Assembly: GCA_046563655.1 (NCBI GenBank)
Contig: CM102287.1
Location: 558,001-622,000, forward strand
Length of the DNA stretch: 64,000 nt
Direction of reading: 5' to 3'
DNA from: Yuukianura sp. NJ FZ-2021
Taxonomy: Eukaryota
Shown here: positions 34,201 to 47,964 of the stretch, piece after piece
How the letters are laid out: each line of letters begins with the position of its first letter
Position numbering within the stretch: the stretch's first letter is position 1
Position numbers and translations under genes: made by a program
Notes under the pieces: model-generated
The model's database searches: none
What the model was told of the DNA's origin: nothing
Seen by the model: only the letters and a program-made list of their open reading frames with translations

Positions 34201-37200
34201 ATTTTGATTAAAATTTTTAGGAAATACTTTTTTATGTCATACTACCACCTTGCACTTCCAATAAAGCACACCTGAATAACTGGTGTTCAACAATAATCTG
34301 GAATTATATTTTAGCCCAACTCCACTATGCAACAAGTGCATAAATCTAACTGTCATTTTGGTATAAACTAATGTGGGAACTATACAACGAAGTTTTAAAC
34401 ATACTGAAAAATGGAATTTATGCCTTGTTATCGCTTATAACCATCTTCATGGAACGCATCCAATAAAGGCCCACTTTGTCGTAGTGCATCAACGACTATT
34501 ACACACGGTGAACCACTTGTTGTCAGCCTTAATTTTTGAGCACAAAGGAGAAGTGCCGGTGAAATGACAAGCTCGCCCTCACTACAGTTACCAACCAGTA
34601 CTCATTTTGACACGATGAATCACAATGACTCCGACGGCAATGGAACTTCAGGGGTTCCCATTATTACATTTTCTACATCAAAATCGAACATTCAGCATTA
34701 TTTGTTATTTTGATTAAAATTTTTAGGAAATACTTTTTTATGTCATACTACCACCTTGCACTTCCAATAAAGCACACCTGAATAACTGGTGTTCAACAAT
34801 AATCTGGAATTATATTTTAGCCCAACTCCACTATGCAACAAGTGCATAAATCTAACTGTCATTTTGGTATAAACTAATGTGGGAACTATACAACGAAGTT
34901 TTAAACATACTGAAAAATGGAATTTATGCCTTGTTATCGCTTATAACCATCTTCATGGAACGCATCTAATACCGGTCCACTTTGTCGTAGTGCATCAACG
35001 ACTATTACACACAATGAACCACTTGTTGTCAGCCTTCATCTTTGAGCACAAAGGAGAAGTGCCGGTGAAATTACAAGCTCGCCCTCACTACAGATACCAA
35101 CCAGTACTCATTTTGACACTATGAATCACAATGACTCCGACGGCAATGGAACTTCAGGGGTTCCCATTATTACATTTTCTAAATCAAAATCGAACATTCA
35201 GCATTATTTGTTATTTTGATTAAAATTTTTAGGAAATACTTTTTTATGTCATACTACCACCTTGCACTTCCAATAAAGCACACCTGAATAACTGGTGTTC
35301 AACAATAATCTGGAATTATATTTTAGCCCAACTCCACTATGCAACAAGTGCATAAATCTAACTGTCATTTTGGTATAAACTAATGTGGGAACTATACAAC
35401 GAAGTTTTAAACATACTGAAAAATGGAATTTATGCCTTGTTATCGCTTATAACCATCTTCATGGAACGCATCTAATAAAGGTCCACTTTGTCGTAGTGCA
35501 TCAACGACTATTACACACGGTGAACCACTTGTTGTCAGCCTTAATTTTTGAGCACAAAGGAGAAGTGCCGGTGAAATGACAAGCTCGCCCTCACTACAGT
35601 TACCAACCAGTACTCATTTTGACACTACGAATCACAATGACTCCGACGGCAATGGAACTTCAGGGGATCCCATTATTACATTTTCTAAATCAAAATCGAA
35701 CATTCAGCATTATTTGTTATTTTGATTAAAATTTTTAGGAAATACTTTTTTATGTCATACTACCTACCACCTTGCACTTCCAATAAAGCACACCTGAATA
35801 ACTGGTGTTCAACAATAATCTGGAATTATATTTTAGCCCAACTCCACTATGCAACAAGTGCATAAATCTAACTGTCATTTTGGTATAAACTAATGTGGGA
35901 ACTATACAACGAAGTTTTAAACATACTGAAAAATGGAATTTATGCCTTGTTATCGCTTATAACCATCTTCATGGAACGCATCTAATACCGGTCCACTTTG
36001 TCGTAGTGCATCAACGACTATTACACACAATGAACCACTTGTTGTCAGCCTTCATCTTTGAGCACAAAGGAGAAGTGCCGGTGAAATTACAAGCTCGCCC
36101 TCACTACAGATACCAACCAGTACTCATTTTGACACTATGAATCACAATGACTCCGACGGCAATGGAACTTCAGGGGTTCCCATTATTACATTTTCTAAAT
36201 CAAAATCGAACATTCAGCATTATTTGTTATTTTGATTAAAATTTTTAGGAAATACTTTTTTATGTCATACTACCACCTTGCACTTCCAATAAAGCACACC
36301 TGAATAACTGGTGTTCAACAATAATCTGGAATTATATTTTAGCCCAACTCCACTATGCAACAAGTGCATAAATCTAACTGTCATTTTGGTATAAACTAAT
36401 GTGGGAACTATACAACGAAGTTTTAAACATACTGAAAAATGGAATTTATGCCTTGTTATCGCTTATAACCATCTTCATGGAACGCATCTAATAAAGGTCC
36501 ACTTTGTCGTAGTGCATCAACGACTATTACACACGGTGAACCACTTGTTGTCAGCCTTAATTTTTGAGCACAAAGGAGAAGTGCCGGTGAAATGACAAGC
36601 TCGCCCTCACTACAGTTACCAACCAGTACTCATTTTGACACTACGAATCACAATGACTCCGACGGCAATGGAACTTCAGGGGATCCCATTATTACATTTT
36701 CTAAATCAAAATCGAACATTCAGCATTATTTGTTATTTTGATTAAAATTGTTTGAAAAGACTTTTTTGTCATACTACCACCTTGCACTTCCAATAAAGCA
36801 CACCTGAATAACTGGTGTTCAACAATAATCTGGAATTATATTTTAGCCCAACTCCACTATGCAACAAGTGCATAAATCTAACTGTCATTTTGGTATAAAC
36901 TAATGTGGGAACTATACAACGAAGTTTTAAACATACTGAAAAATGGAATTTATGCCTTGTTATCGCTTATAACCATCTTCAAATAACGCATCTAATACCG
37001 GTCCACTTTGTCGTAGTGCATCAACGACTATTACACACGGTGAACCACTTGTTGTCAGCCTTCATTTTTGAGCACAAAGGAGAAGTGCCGGTGAAATGAC
37101 AAGCTCGCCCTCACTACAGATACCAACCAGTACTCATTTTGACACGATGAATCACAATGACTCCGACGGCAATGGAACTTCAGGGGTTCCCATTATTACA

Positions 37201-39853
37201 TTTTCTACATCAAAATCGAACATTCAGCATTATTTGTTATTTTGATTAAAATTTTTAGGAAATACTTTTTTATGTCATACTACCACCTTGCACTTCCAAT
37301 AAAGCACACCTGAATAACTGGTGTTCAACAATAATCTGGAATTATATTTTAGCCCAACTCCACTATGCAACAAGTGCATAAATCTAACTGTCATTTTGGT
37401 ATAAACTAATGTGGGAACTATACAACGAAGTTTTAAACATACTGAAAAATGGAATTTATGCCTTGTTATCGCTTATAACCATCTTCATGGAACGCATCCA
37501 ATAAAGGCCCACTTTGTCGTAGTGCATCAACGACTATTACACACGGTGAACCACTTGTTGTCAGCCTTAATTTTTGAGCACAAAGGAGAAGTGCCGGTGA
37601 AATGACAAGCTCGCCCTCACTACAGTTACCAACCAGTACTCATTTTGACACTACGAATCACAATGACTCCGACGGCAATGGAACTTCAGGGGATCCCATT
37701 ATTACATTTTCTAAATCAAAATCGAACATTCAGCATTATTTGTTATTTTGATTAAAATTTTTAGGAAATACTTTTTTATGTCATACTACCACCTTGCACT
37801 TCCAATAAAGCACACCTGAATAACTGGTGTTCAACAATAATCTGGAATTATATTTTAGCCCAACTCCACTATGCAACAAGTGCATAAATCTAACTGTCAT
37901 TTTGGTATAAACTAATGTGGGAACTATACAACGAAGTTTTAAACATACTGAAAAATGGAATTTATGCCTTGTTATCGCTTATAACCATCTTCATGGAACG
38001 CATCTAATAAAGGTCCACTTTGTCGTAGTGCATCAACGACTATTACACACGGTGAACCACTTGTTGTCAGCCTTCATTTTTGAGCACAAAGGAGAAGTGC
38101 CGGTGAAATGACAAGCTCGCCCTCACTACAGATACCAACCAGTACTCATTTTGACACGATGAATCACAATGACTCCGACGGCAATGGAACTTCAGGGGTT
38201 CCCATTATTACATTTTCTACATCAAAATCGAACATTCAGCATTATTTGTTATTTTGATTAAAATTTTTAGGAAATACTTTTTTATGTCATACTACCACCT
38301 TGCACTTCCAATAAAGCACACCTGAATAACTGGTGTTCAACAATAATCTGGAATTATATTTTAGCCCAACTCCACTATGCAACAAGTGCATAAATCTAAC
38401 TGTCATTTTGGTATAAACTAATGTGGGAACTATACAACGAAGTTTTAAACATACTGAAAAATGGAATTTATGCCTTGTTATCGCTTATAACCATCTTCAT
38501 GGAACGCATCTAATAAAGGTCCACTTTGTCGTAGTGCATCAACGACTATTACACACGGTGAACCACTTGTTGTCAGCCTTAATTTTTGAGCACAAAGGAG
38601 AAGTGCCGGTGAAATGACAAGCTCGCCCTCACTACAGTTACCAACCAGTACTCATTTTCACACTACGAATCACAATGACTCCGACGGCAATGGAACTTCA
38701 GGGGATCCCATTATTACATTTTCTAAATCAAAATCGAACATTCAGCATTATTTGTTATTTTGATTAAAATCGTTTGAAAAGACTTTTTTGTCATACTACC
38801 ACCTTGCACTTCCAATAAAGCACACCTGAATAACTGGTGTTCAACAATAATCTGGAATTATATTTTAGCCCAACTCCACTATGCAACAAGTGCATAAATC
38901 TAACTGTCATTTTGGTATAAACTAATGTGGGAACTATACAACGAAGTTTTAAACATACTGAAAAGTGGAATTTATGCCTTGTTATCGCTTATAACCATCT
39001 TCAAATAACGCATCTAATACCGGTCCACTTTGTCGTAGTGCATCAACGACTATTACACACGGTGAACCACTTGTTGTCAGCCTTCATTTTTGAGCACAAA
39101 GGAGAAGTGCCGGTGAAATGACAAGCTCGCCCTCACTACAGATACCAACCAGTACTCATTTTGACACGATGAATCACAATGACTCCGACGGCAATGGAAC
39201 TTCAGGGGATCCCATTATTACATTTTCTAAATCAAAATCGAACATTCTGCATTATTTGTTATTTTGAGTAAAATTGTTAGAAAAGACTTTTTAATGTCAT
39301 ACTACCACCTTGCACTTCCAATAAAGCACACCTGAATAACTGGTGTTCAACAATAATCTGGAATTATATTTTAGCCCAACTCCACTATGCAACAAGTGCA
39401 TAAATCTAACTGTCATTTTGGTATAAACTAATGTGGGAACTATACAACGAAGTTTTAAACATACTGAAAAATGGAATTTATGCCTTGTTATCGCTTATAA
39501 CCATCTGCAAGGAACGCATCTAATACCGGTCCACTTTGTCGTAGTGCATCAACGACTATTACACACGGTGAACCACTTGTTGTCAGCCTTCATTTTTGAG
39601 CACAAAGGAGAAGTGCCGGTGAAATGACAAGCTCGCCCTCACTACAGATACCAACCAGTACTCATTTTGACACGATGAATCACAATGACTCCGACGGCAA
39701 TGGAACTTCAGGGGTTCCCATTATTACATTTTCTACATCAAAATCGAACATTCAGCATTATTTGTTATTTTGATTAAAATTTTTAGGAAATACTTTTTTA
39801 TGTCATACTACCACCTTGCACTTCCAATAAAGCACACCTGAATAACTGGTGTT
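19242..39853. repeat. Satellite A, right block (about 53 monomers across both blocks)
   Basis: Same 506/504-bp unit; one 510-bp unit carries a 4-bp duplication near 35761. Confidence 0.99.
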
Positions 39854-40286
39854 TGTGAGTAACCCCGCCGGGCGGGATTCCTCACTTCGTCTCCAAGCAG
39901 AGGTGTGTTACGGCACTCGGGATGAGGCTAGGATCTCAGTCATATCCCGATGGTCAGTCAGTGAGTGATGAGCGCTTGGTCGAGGAGGAACTATCTTCCA
40001 GATGGTTCCTCTTCCGACCGAGAGTCACGGCGGAGTCCAGTCACTGGAGTAGGGAGATTCTAGAGACAATAAAGGAACGTAGCCACCCTTTGCCTTCGTC
40101 TACGACTTTCCTTGAGACAGCATTCAGCCATATTCCTCAGCCACGATTCTTAGAGCTGGCACCCAGGACCTGCGCCACCTCGGTGGTGTTCGGACCTGGG
40201 CACAGAGGTCGATGAACCAGTGGACCGCCGACCAAGCGGCGACGTGTGTGACCCATGTCCAGGTTCACCCTGGCTGGGAGGTCACA
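39854..40286 (+). repeat. 5' LTR, 433 bp
   Basis: Identical by eye to 49435-49867 except A40255 versus T49836; contains AATAAA. Confidence 0.97.
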
Positions 40287-40290
40287 TAAA

Positions 40291-40307
40291 TGGCCCTTCG
40301 ACCGGAT
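40291..40307 (+). promoter_or_regulatory. tRNA-Tyr-like PBS
   Basis: TGGCCCTTCGACCGGAT, 4 nt after the LTR; close to the tRNA-Tyr PBS TGGTCCTTCGAGCCGGAT common in BEL/Pao elements (1 substitution, 1 deletion). Confidence 0.75.
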
Positions 40308-40523
40308 CGACTTTCTTGCCCAGTTAAGGTAATAGAACAACAGGTAATGTAGGGTACGTTTTTTTTTCTTTTTCGTTATAATAGTAATTATCATTGCGAA
40401 ACCTACAAAACCAAAACCACAAGCAGCCAAACCCTTAAGGCGACATACATCGGCAATACATTCAGCGTTTATATATTATTTCACTTTAGGGTACTAGCAA
40501 ATACAATCCCAACACACTTAAAG

Positions 40524-40840
40524 TTGGTTAAGAAATTTGGTTCCATGCCGTCAACGTTATAACAACTTATGCGCACCTTGATAACATCCGCGCAAGGCTT
40601 TTCAACCTACATGCTAAGGCGAGATCGCAACTTCATGCAGATTTCACATAACAGAACCTGTTCAGCCATAGTGTGTTCAGAAATTGGTCAAGAACTTTGG
40701 TTCCGTGCCGTCAACGTTATAACACCTTATGCGCACTTTGATAACATCCGCGCAAAGTTTTACAACCGACATGCTAAGGCCAGAACGCAAATCCATTTAG
40801 ATTTCACACATATAACCTGTCAGCCATAATTTATTCAGAT
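40524..40840. repeat. Diverged tandem duplication, about 160 bp x 2
   Basis: tttggttcc(a/g)tgccgtcaacgttataaca...ttgataacatccgcgcaa...catgctaaggc...agatttcaca occurs twice, 160 bp apart. Confidence 0.9.
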
Positions 40841-43800
40841 ATAGATTTCTTTTATTTAAGGTTATTTTACTAAACTCAAATAATATAGCGAGACAACAAA
40901 TTTGGTTACAATTAAATGACTACAGGGTGATACTCTTGTCCATAATCGTTATTTTTCCTTCCATCTCCGAATTTTAATTCTATTTTTTATACCGGAAACG
41001 GTTAGCTAACTAGTGTAGCTAACCGACTAGACTAGCAGATGCAGCTATTGACCTAACATAAATTGCTTTCAACGGCGGGGATGGTTGCAATGGGACCTAC
41101 ACTTGTTTCACTTAACCATACCAGCATGACTAACATAACCAAGTTCTTCCGTTAGCTGTATGAGGGTTAATTAGCATCGAAATCCACTGTGTGACTACGG
41201 GATTCATAATAACTCCCCTATTAGGTTTAGTTACACCACAATTAATTACAATGCAACAGTGATTCGCCTGTCTACCAATGTTTTCCTGCATTCTATGCGC
41301 GTACGATTTGCTGTTGCGTTTTGCAGCAAACTATGAAAATCACGCAGGAGCTAGGGTGAAAGCGTAAAAATTTCAGGAGATCACTTTTGTGGCCTTGGTG
41401 GCTCTAGGTTTACGGAAAACTGCGACGAGGAAACATTCAGATTCTCATTTTCATTTCTTTTTTTTTGTAGTAGTTTTTGTTTCTTTTTATTAAAGACCCA
41501 TTCAGTTGTCCACTCCAGGAAGCATAATTTTACTTGCTTTTGAATCTGTTACATTACAATGTCCATACTCCGGCAGAAGCATGACGATGGGATTAGTAGA
41601 CACACCTTAACACGAAAACCAGTTTCAGGCACAACAAAAGCATATTCACTTGGGCGTAAATCTCATCCCCAACCTACTCAAGGAAGCACATGATCACATT
41701 CTCGTCGCAACAAGGGGAAAAATACGTAATCTTTATTCTTCACACAGTCCAATCTTTTTTGCTTGCTTTTTTGCTGCGTAATTATTAGCATGGGTTTTTA
41801 CAACTTCGCAAATTCTACGCAATTAATTTACACCATACGAAGGATTTCGGACAAGACAGATGCTGTAGCAAGGACAAAAAATAAGCAGAAAACAAAAATA
41901 ACACACATGTAGCACACAGCATTTTGCAAAAAACTGGTTTTCCTGGTCATTAATTTCTTCCAATGTTGAAACGTATTCTTTCAGACAAGAACTTTTTTTT
42001 ACTAATACTCAACGCGCATTGACTTTGGGCGTCAAAGGATCTTTGAAAATTTGATACAGTTCATATTACAAATTCATTCAGCCTTCAAATAACTTTCAAC
42101 CGCACCCTGTTATTTGCTTTCAATTATCGCAGAGGTTCATAACAATGGTGTTGGAAATTTTCCTTTAATCAGCTTTCAAACTCTGAAATCACTAAACGCT
42201 TTGGAGTGGGCGCAAAATACTGCACATCAAGTACAAGGTTTATACATTTATTTTTCCTTACAAGGTTGCGCACTACCTCATGTTTTCTTTCAATTTTGAA
42301 AGAAAGTTCACTTTCAGTTCACACCTTCACAAATCCGTTGTCATATATGAAATATATAAATGAATGATAAATGAAGAAATTCCGACTTTTTCAATTTTTT
42401 TGCTTATAAATGCTTCCAGTCAGAAACAATATGAGTTGCAGCTTTAAACTTTAAATTTCAAGTGTCCGATCCTGAGGAACGTCCATACTCGAATGAATTT
42501 CTGAATTATTTCCGGTTCGACGTCTGTGATGAACCAGTTTCAATCTGTAACGTTTCTGCAATGCCAAATTCAGATGCTGGACTTACAATTACACTGAGAA
42601 ACGTTACTGTTAGCAACAGGTTACAATTTTGGGAGCTACGGTTTTTAACGTGTGAATCGAAACGGGAAACAGTTTCGAGAATCAAAACTCTTTTTATGGG
42701 TCCCAAGTTATTTTGGCATTGGCATAATGGTACTAAATTTTTTGTTATTTTCATTATTTTTTTTTTGGTGAACAACGGAGGTATTACTCATCCTGTTAGA
42801 GAAGACATAAGGTTGTCAAGGAAGCTTGAATCCGGAATTTACTATTTGTGAAATTAAACTGTCCGTCAGTCTCGGCGGTTGTCGGTGGATAATCGCGGAA
42901 GATCAATGCTCAAGGGTTGTGTATTGGTCTTACGCGTGGTGATGCTGTTAATGCGATTATTGGAAACGGACTTGTTGCAAAAGAAGTTTTGCAAAATGCT
43001 AACTACATTGAGCTCTGAACTGGAAAACTATTTCCACCCACGTGGTGCCAAGTTGGCCCCACTCTCTTTACTACCAACATAAAACGTTGCGGACTCGTGC
43101 CAACTCGTGCCACTGTCCCAAATTACATACATCAACGGTTCTACAGTATCGCACCGCGCAAATTTCTAGTATAGAATTTTCCTCGGCTCTGCCTATGGAT
43201 TATGACTTTGAGACGGAATTTTGATCTTACGTTAAAGCCTAAATCGTCGCTAACCGCATCATACAACGCAGAATCCATAATGCTGAAGAACATAACCTGA
43301 CTTCTGCTTTTCTGGTTTTAGCCTTAACGACTTAATTCTTTTTTTTTCTAGCACCAATCCCCTCACATTTTTTCATTTGTGCAGCGTCTTGCTTTTGCAG
43401 TAATGTTTAGCGCGTACTCGCATTGGAAAGTGGTCAGGCTAACTATACAAACCATCCGTCTACTTCACCCTAAGTGAAGCGGTCGCGTGCTAAATACACA
43501 CTATCTTGATTACAAGTGTAATCACGCAAGTGGCAGCCAGCAAAGAATTTTATTTTTAGAAGGGAACTAAGCCTGATTATTTTGAAACCAAAAAATATCC
43601 CGTCACCAAGAGAAAAAATGGCGCTTAAGCCAGTTTCACACCGAACGCAAAAACATGTAAATGATTGCTTCAATTCAAATTAGCGGTTGGTGTGTGAAAT
43701 CGACTTCACACAGCGGAACAGAACCGTTTTCGTCCCTTTGAAAATGTTTGCAAAAATTTTGTTGAAATCAAGCCTTATTTCCCGTCTAGTCTAGAGAAAA

Positions 43801-44288
43801 ACTTAGAAAATCGCCTTGACAACTCTCTGGCAGCCAGCTTCTTTCCTAGTTGTGACGGAACGAAAGATTGGGCAAGTAGTTGCGAGACAGTAAGATATGC
43901 GATGGGTCTTTGTGGCTCAGTGGTCAGAGCAAGTTCCCGGAGTGGAGATTGGCGTGGGACCGATTCCACCCCATTCAACCCCAGACTCAAACTTTTGGCA
44001 TAGCGTTGGGATATGATGTCTCAATGTTGGCCCGAGGTATACTTGCGTCATACAATTGAGCTTTCGGAACTCCTAGGAGGACAAGTAACCGCACAATTGA
44101 CCAGAGTATAAATTCAAGTAAATCTAATGCACGTCCACGCAGTCTTTTCTTTCTCTCTCCACGAACATGAACAGATAACACCTCAGCTCGTCAGTTTTGG
44201 TCCTCACAACCCGACGGCCCAGTAACTACCCTCAGACTCAACGCCTGCAGTACCGTAGAACAGTAAGTTTACTTATGTTTGAGCAATA

Positions 44289-45548
44289 ATGCCAAAGATA
44301 ACAACACGGTCCTCCGCCCAATCGCCTCCTCCTAATCCTGAAACCGAGCAATTACAAACTCCCGGATTTTCACAACACCAGGGGAAACTGAACTTACAGC
44401 CTCGAGTAGTCCTGCCGTCTTCCATTCCTCCTGCCCCACCTCTCCCGAAACCCAAGTCACAGGCGTCGCTTAATCCCACAAATCCACCACCATATATCCC
44501 TTCACCGCTACCTCTCCCTCAAGTGATCCCTCCGTCTGCCATCAGCGGTAGTAAATTACCCTCGCACATCCCCACTTCCTCACAATTACCTACGACACCG
44601 TTGAAATTTTCAGCCAGTCTTCCCATCAATATGTCCCAAGCAACACCGACGGGCGGTTCTAAGTCCGAATCGAAAACAACATACTATAAAATTAAAGTAC
44701 CAACGTTCAGCGGCAAACCCGGAGAAGATGTTGTGCGTTATCTGACGAAGTTTCAATTGGCGATGACCGGGAACTCCATCCCGAAGTCGGAGTGGCCGAT
44801 TTTGCTGAGTAATCATTTGACCGGTACGGCTGAAGCTTGGCTTTTCTCTTTTTTGGAATCAACCCGATGTTCCACATCGCCTCCGGCCTCGGCCCTTTTG
44901 GTTGACTACAATATGGTGGAACAAGCTCTGATAAAAGCGTTTGGAAGCACCAGTACGATGTCAGCTGAACAAAAAGTTATCAATCGACGACAACACTTGA
45001 ATGAATCCGCTACGGAATACACTTACGATCTGACCAACCTTCTCCGTCTGATGGATCCGGATATGCCCGAATCGCGTCAAGTACGTTGGTTAATACGTAA
45101 CCTACGACCATCCAACTTAACTGCATTGGGCATCCACAAACCTAAAACCATTGACGAATTCTTAAAAGCGTTAAAATCCATAGAAGAAACGAACGAATTA
45201 CTTCTACACCAAAAAGATGTGCATGTTATGACCCAAGCTCCAGCGGTGCTGGCGGCACAGACAGAGCAATTAGACAAATTCGGACGAATCATCGAGCAAA
45301 TGCAAACATTCATATTACAACAGCAAAATTGTGGAGAGAGTACAGCTTCTGGGCGCCACCTAACTGAAACCGGTGTATGGTGCTCAATGCATCAATCCGC
45401 GACAAACGGCGACGCAGAATGCCGTGCTCAGCCAAAAAACGGTCAGTGGATGGAGACAGCGGCCAACGCCCATCCGTTCTTGACATCAGTGACGAGCCGC
45501 CAATCCGATCCAGTCATAGAATCCTTGAACACCAGTTACTCCCCTTAA
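44289..45548 (+). pseudogene. gag: Gypsy-type gag ORF (419 aa), C-terminus probably decayed
   Basis: Pro-rich N-terminus; KVPTFSGKPGEDVVRYLTKF; LTGTAEAWL; RRQHLNESATEY; degenerate knuckle WCSMHQSATNGDAEC. Confidence 0.8.
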
Positions 45549-45549
45549 C

Positions 45550-46800
45550 CACCACAATGACAACCAACTCGCCTCGTATTATGTCACCATTCCCACATTT
45601 ACACATCTCTTATCCGGCATCGCTTTTTGTTTTAAAAAAGGGTACAAATGGTCTTTTGAAGGTATGTGGTTATGTCGTAGAATGCCCACCCGAAATTAGG
45701 TTACATAAGGGAGCGGGAATAAGCTTAGTCAATTCAGCTTTAGTTAAGTCTAACTATATTCAGTCGCCAGATCATACAATAATGTTGCAAGATTTTGCTC
45801 TACAAGTACTTTTGGGAACCGATTTTCTTCGGAATCAACGTGGCATAATCGATTTCGACCGTTTAGCTATTAGTTGGGAAGGCACAACACACGATGGTAG
45901 AATTTTAATCTGTTGTGCTGTATATACATTTACGAAGATTACACAGCCCAGGCTGTCCCTCTTACTCCCATGCTCCGGTTCTCCCTCGGCGCCAAATCGA
46001 AATAGTGTTGGTTGGTGTTCCCAAAGTTTTGTTTGGACGGAAATAGGACTTGGTCGACCTGTAATGCCCAACCTACACGTTTTCGAAACGAACACGAGCA
46101 TGATGACATACACTGACGATAACATGGAGCATTTCAATGAGTTAATCGAGTGTCCCGCTGAAACTCCGAATTTGATTCATACAAGGGTCCCTGAGTCAGA
46201 TTTGTCAGAGTATAGCGAAGAGTTAAACCCCGGGAAGATTGCAATGAGATATGCAATGAAACCTTCTTCGATATCAGTGGCCATGGTACGAAGGAGCACT
46301 GGCGCGAAGGTCCTCACCTCCCCAGTGAAATACAGTGTCCACACGGTCTATACACGTTGATAAATCATCCTCAAAAAAGCGGAGTTAATCGACCCAAGTA
46401 CGGCAGAGCAAGAAGCAGATAAAAATTTACCAACTTTAGTATTTTTAACCTAACAGGAGAACGTAATGAACTATCACACCAATCGGACATTACTGAGAAT
46501 AAATCCCGAGTCGGAACCAGACCAAAGGCACAGTTACAGGAACTTTTGGTTGAGTTCAACGATATTTTTGCTTACAAGAGAGACATTGGCGAAATTATAC
46601 TATATCCTTCTAACCAGCGTAACCTGTGTACTAATTACAATATGCCCACTTAATTATTCAGTATAATGCCCATACCTTCAAAGCCAACTGGCCCGTCGAA
46701 CAACGGAAATGCTGTCATTCGATAATAACAAAGTCAAAAATTACTAAAACATAGTTGAATGGTACCATGTAATGCTACTACTTTTCAGACAAAGATTTCG
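45550..46800 (+). pseudogene. Decayed, internally deleted pol relic (protease, pre-RT linker, integrase traces)
   Basis: HKGAGISLV (catalytic DTG lost) and VLLGTDFL..GIIDF; frameshifted INPE..QLQELLVEFNDIFA near 46500-46570; AHTFKANWPVEQ near 46670-46700 resembles the integrase YHPQANGLVER motif. No RT visible. Confidence 0.6.
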
Positions 46801-47692
46801 TCCCAAATCAATTTTGTGTAGGTTATTTTGTACTGGATTCGCTTATTACACTTATTTTGCGGTGATTAACAATCGGGACTTCCGAAACTAAATACGAAGC
46901 GTTCCAAGCATTATGGTTGCAAATTCAGACTGCGATTGCAGAACAACAACGCAAAACCAATTCTATACCGTAAGAGACCAAGTACTGATGAACAAATTTT
47001 AATCAATTTGTTTGGCGCACAAATTTACTGATATTATTCCGCTTAGTTCTGTCAAGCCTATAACGTACAACATTTACAAATCTAATAACACTAAAGCGCA
47101 AGTAACCAGTTGGCGGGTTTTTTTCATTCATCGGTTATCAAATCCGGTTAATCTCTGGAAATATATCGAAACTCGAAGCTATTTACTGTCTACCTATGCT
47201 CCTATTGTTGTGGAAGGTTGGGAGGAGTGTTTTCTTTCTCCCTATTTCTGTCTTCGATGCACCATCCAATCTACATTTCCATTCGTAGGGGTCTGATACA
47301 CATTTTGACGCAATCAAAGCATAATGACCGAATTCTCACTTTCTTGCAAACCGAGAAATGTGGGTTTCAGAAAGAGGCACGCTGCTCACGATTGGCGCCA
47401 TTACACGCTCCGCTACCCAGTACTGAGCGCAACCTGTTCAGTTTGACCTTCACACAGAAATATGGCCAGAAAAATGGTCGCACGCCATTCCATTGTTTCC
47501 AGAGTTACCCACGCTTCCTCCTAAACTTACCTCGTGTCTACCCGGACTCCACTTCTCATAACTCTGAGCAACAGACTCTAGTAGTTGTTAGGAAGCACGC
47601 GAACAAGTAGGATCACTAAAACACCAGATCGCCTTACCTATTCCAAGTTTTGAGTTGGCCACAAGCATTTTGGTTTTAGTTTTAACTTGTAT

Positions 47693-47964
47693 TTCACTCT
47701 CTAGCAAGATGGGTAAACAAAAAAACAAATCTACACCAGGTTATCCAGTAAGTCGATGTTTTTAATTTTCTCAAATAATTTGCAAAACTTGCGTCGCCGT
47801 GCCTTTCTATGGCAATGATTTGTATGTAATTTAATAGGAATTTGCGGAAAATTGGCGGAAAAAATTGTTTGGAGGAAGATTTTTGCAAACCCCGAACTAC
47901 TGGATAACCTCTTGTAGCCTATTTGTAGATTGGTTGCTATAGTAACCTTGCTCTCTAGTGTGAA
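47693..47964. mobile_element. Degenerate inverted-repeat (MITE-like) relic
   Basis: aggttatccagta (47738-47750) pairs with tactggataacct (47898-47910); outer arms aatctaca/tgtagatt and ttcac/gtgaa; (TTTTAG)n-like sequence on both sides. Confidence 0.5.

Noticed and set aside
10443..39627. About 50 copies of a 64-aa ORF (MGTIQRSF...) as a tandem gene array
   Set aside because: The start codon is GTG, there is no recognisable domain, and variants are largely non-synonymous; it is a by-product of the satellite monomer.
39922..40215. 97-aa ORF duplicated at 49503-49796
   Set aside because: Lies wholly within the LTR and shows no motif; the duplication just reflects LTR identity.
40999..41035. 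Hairpin cggttagcta/tagctaaccg followed by CTAG as a Helitron 3' end
   Set aside because: CTAG is not followed by T, the spacing is short, and no 5' end or Rep/helicase is visible.
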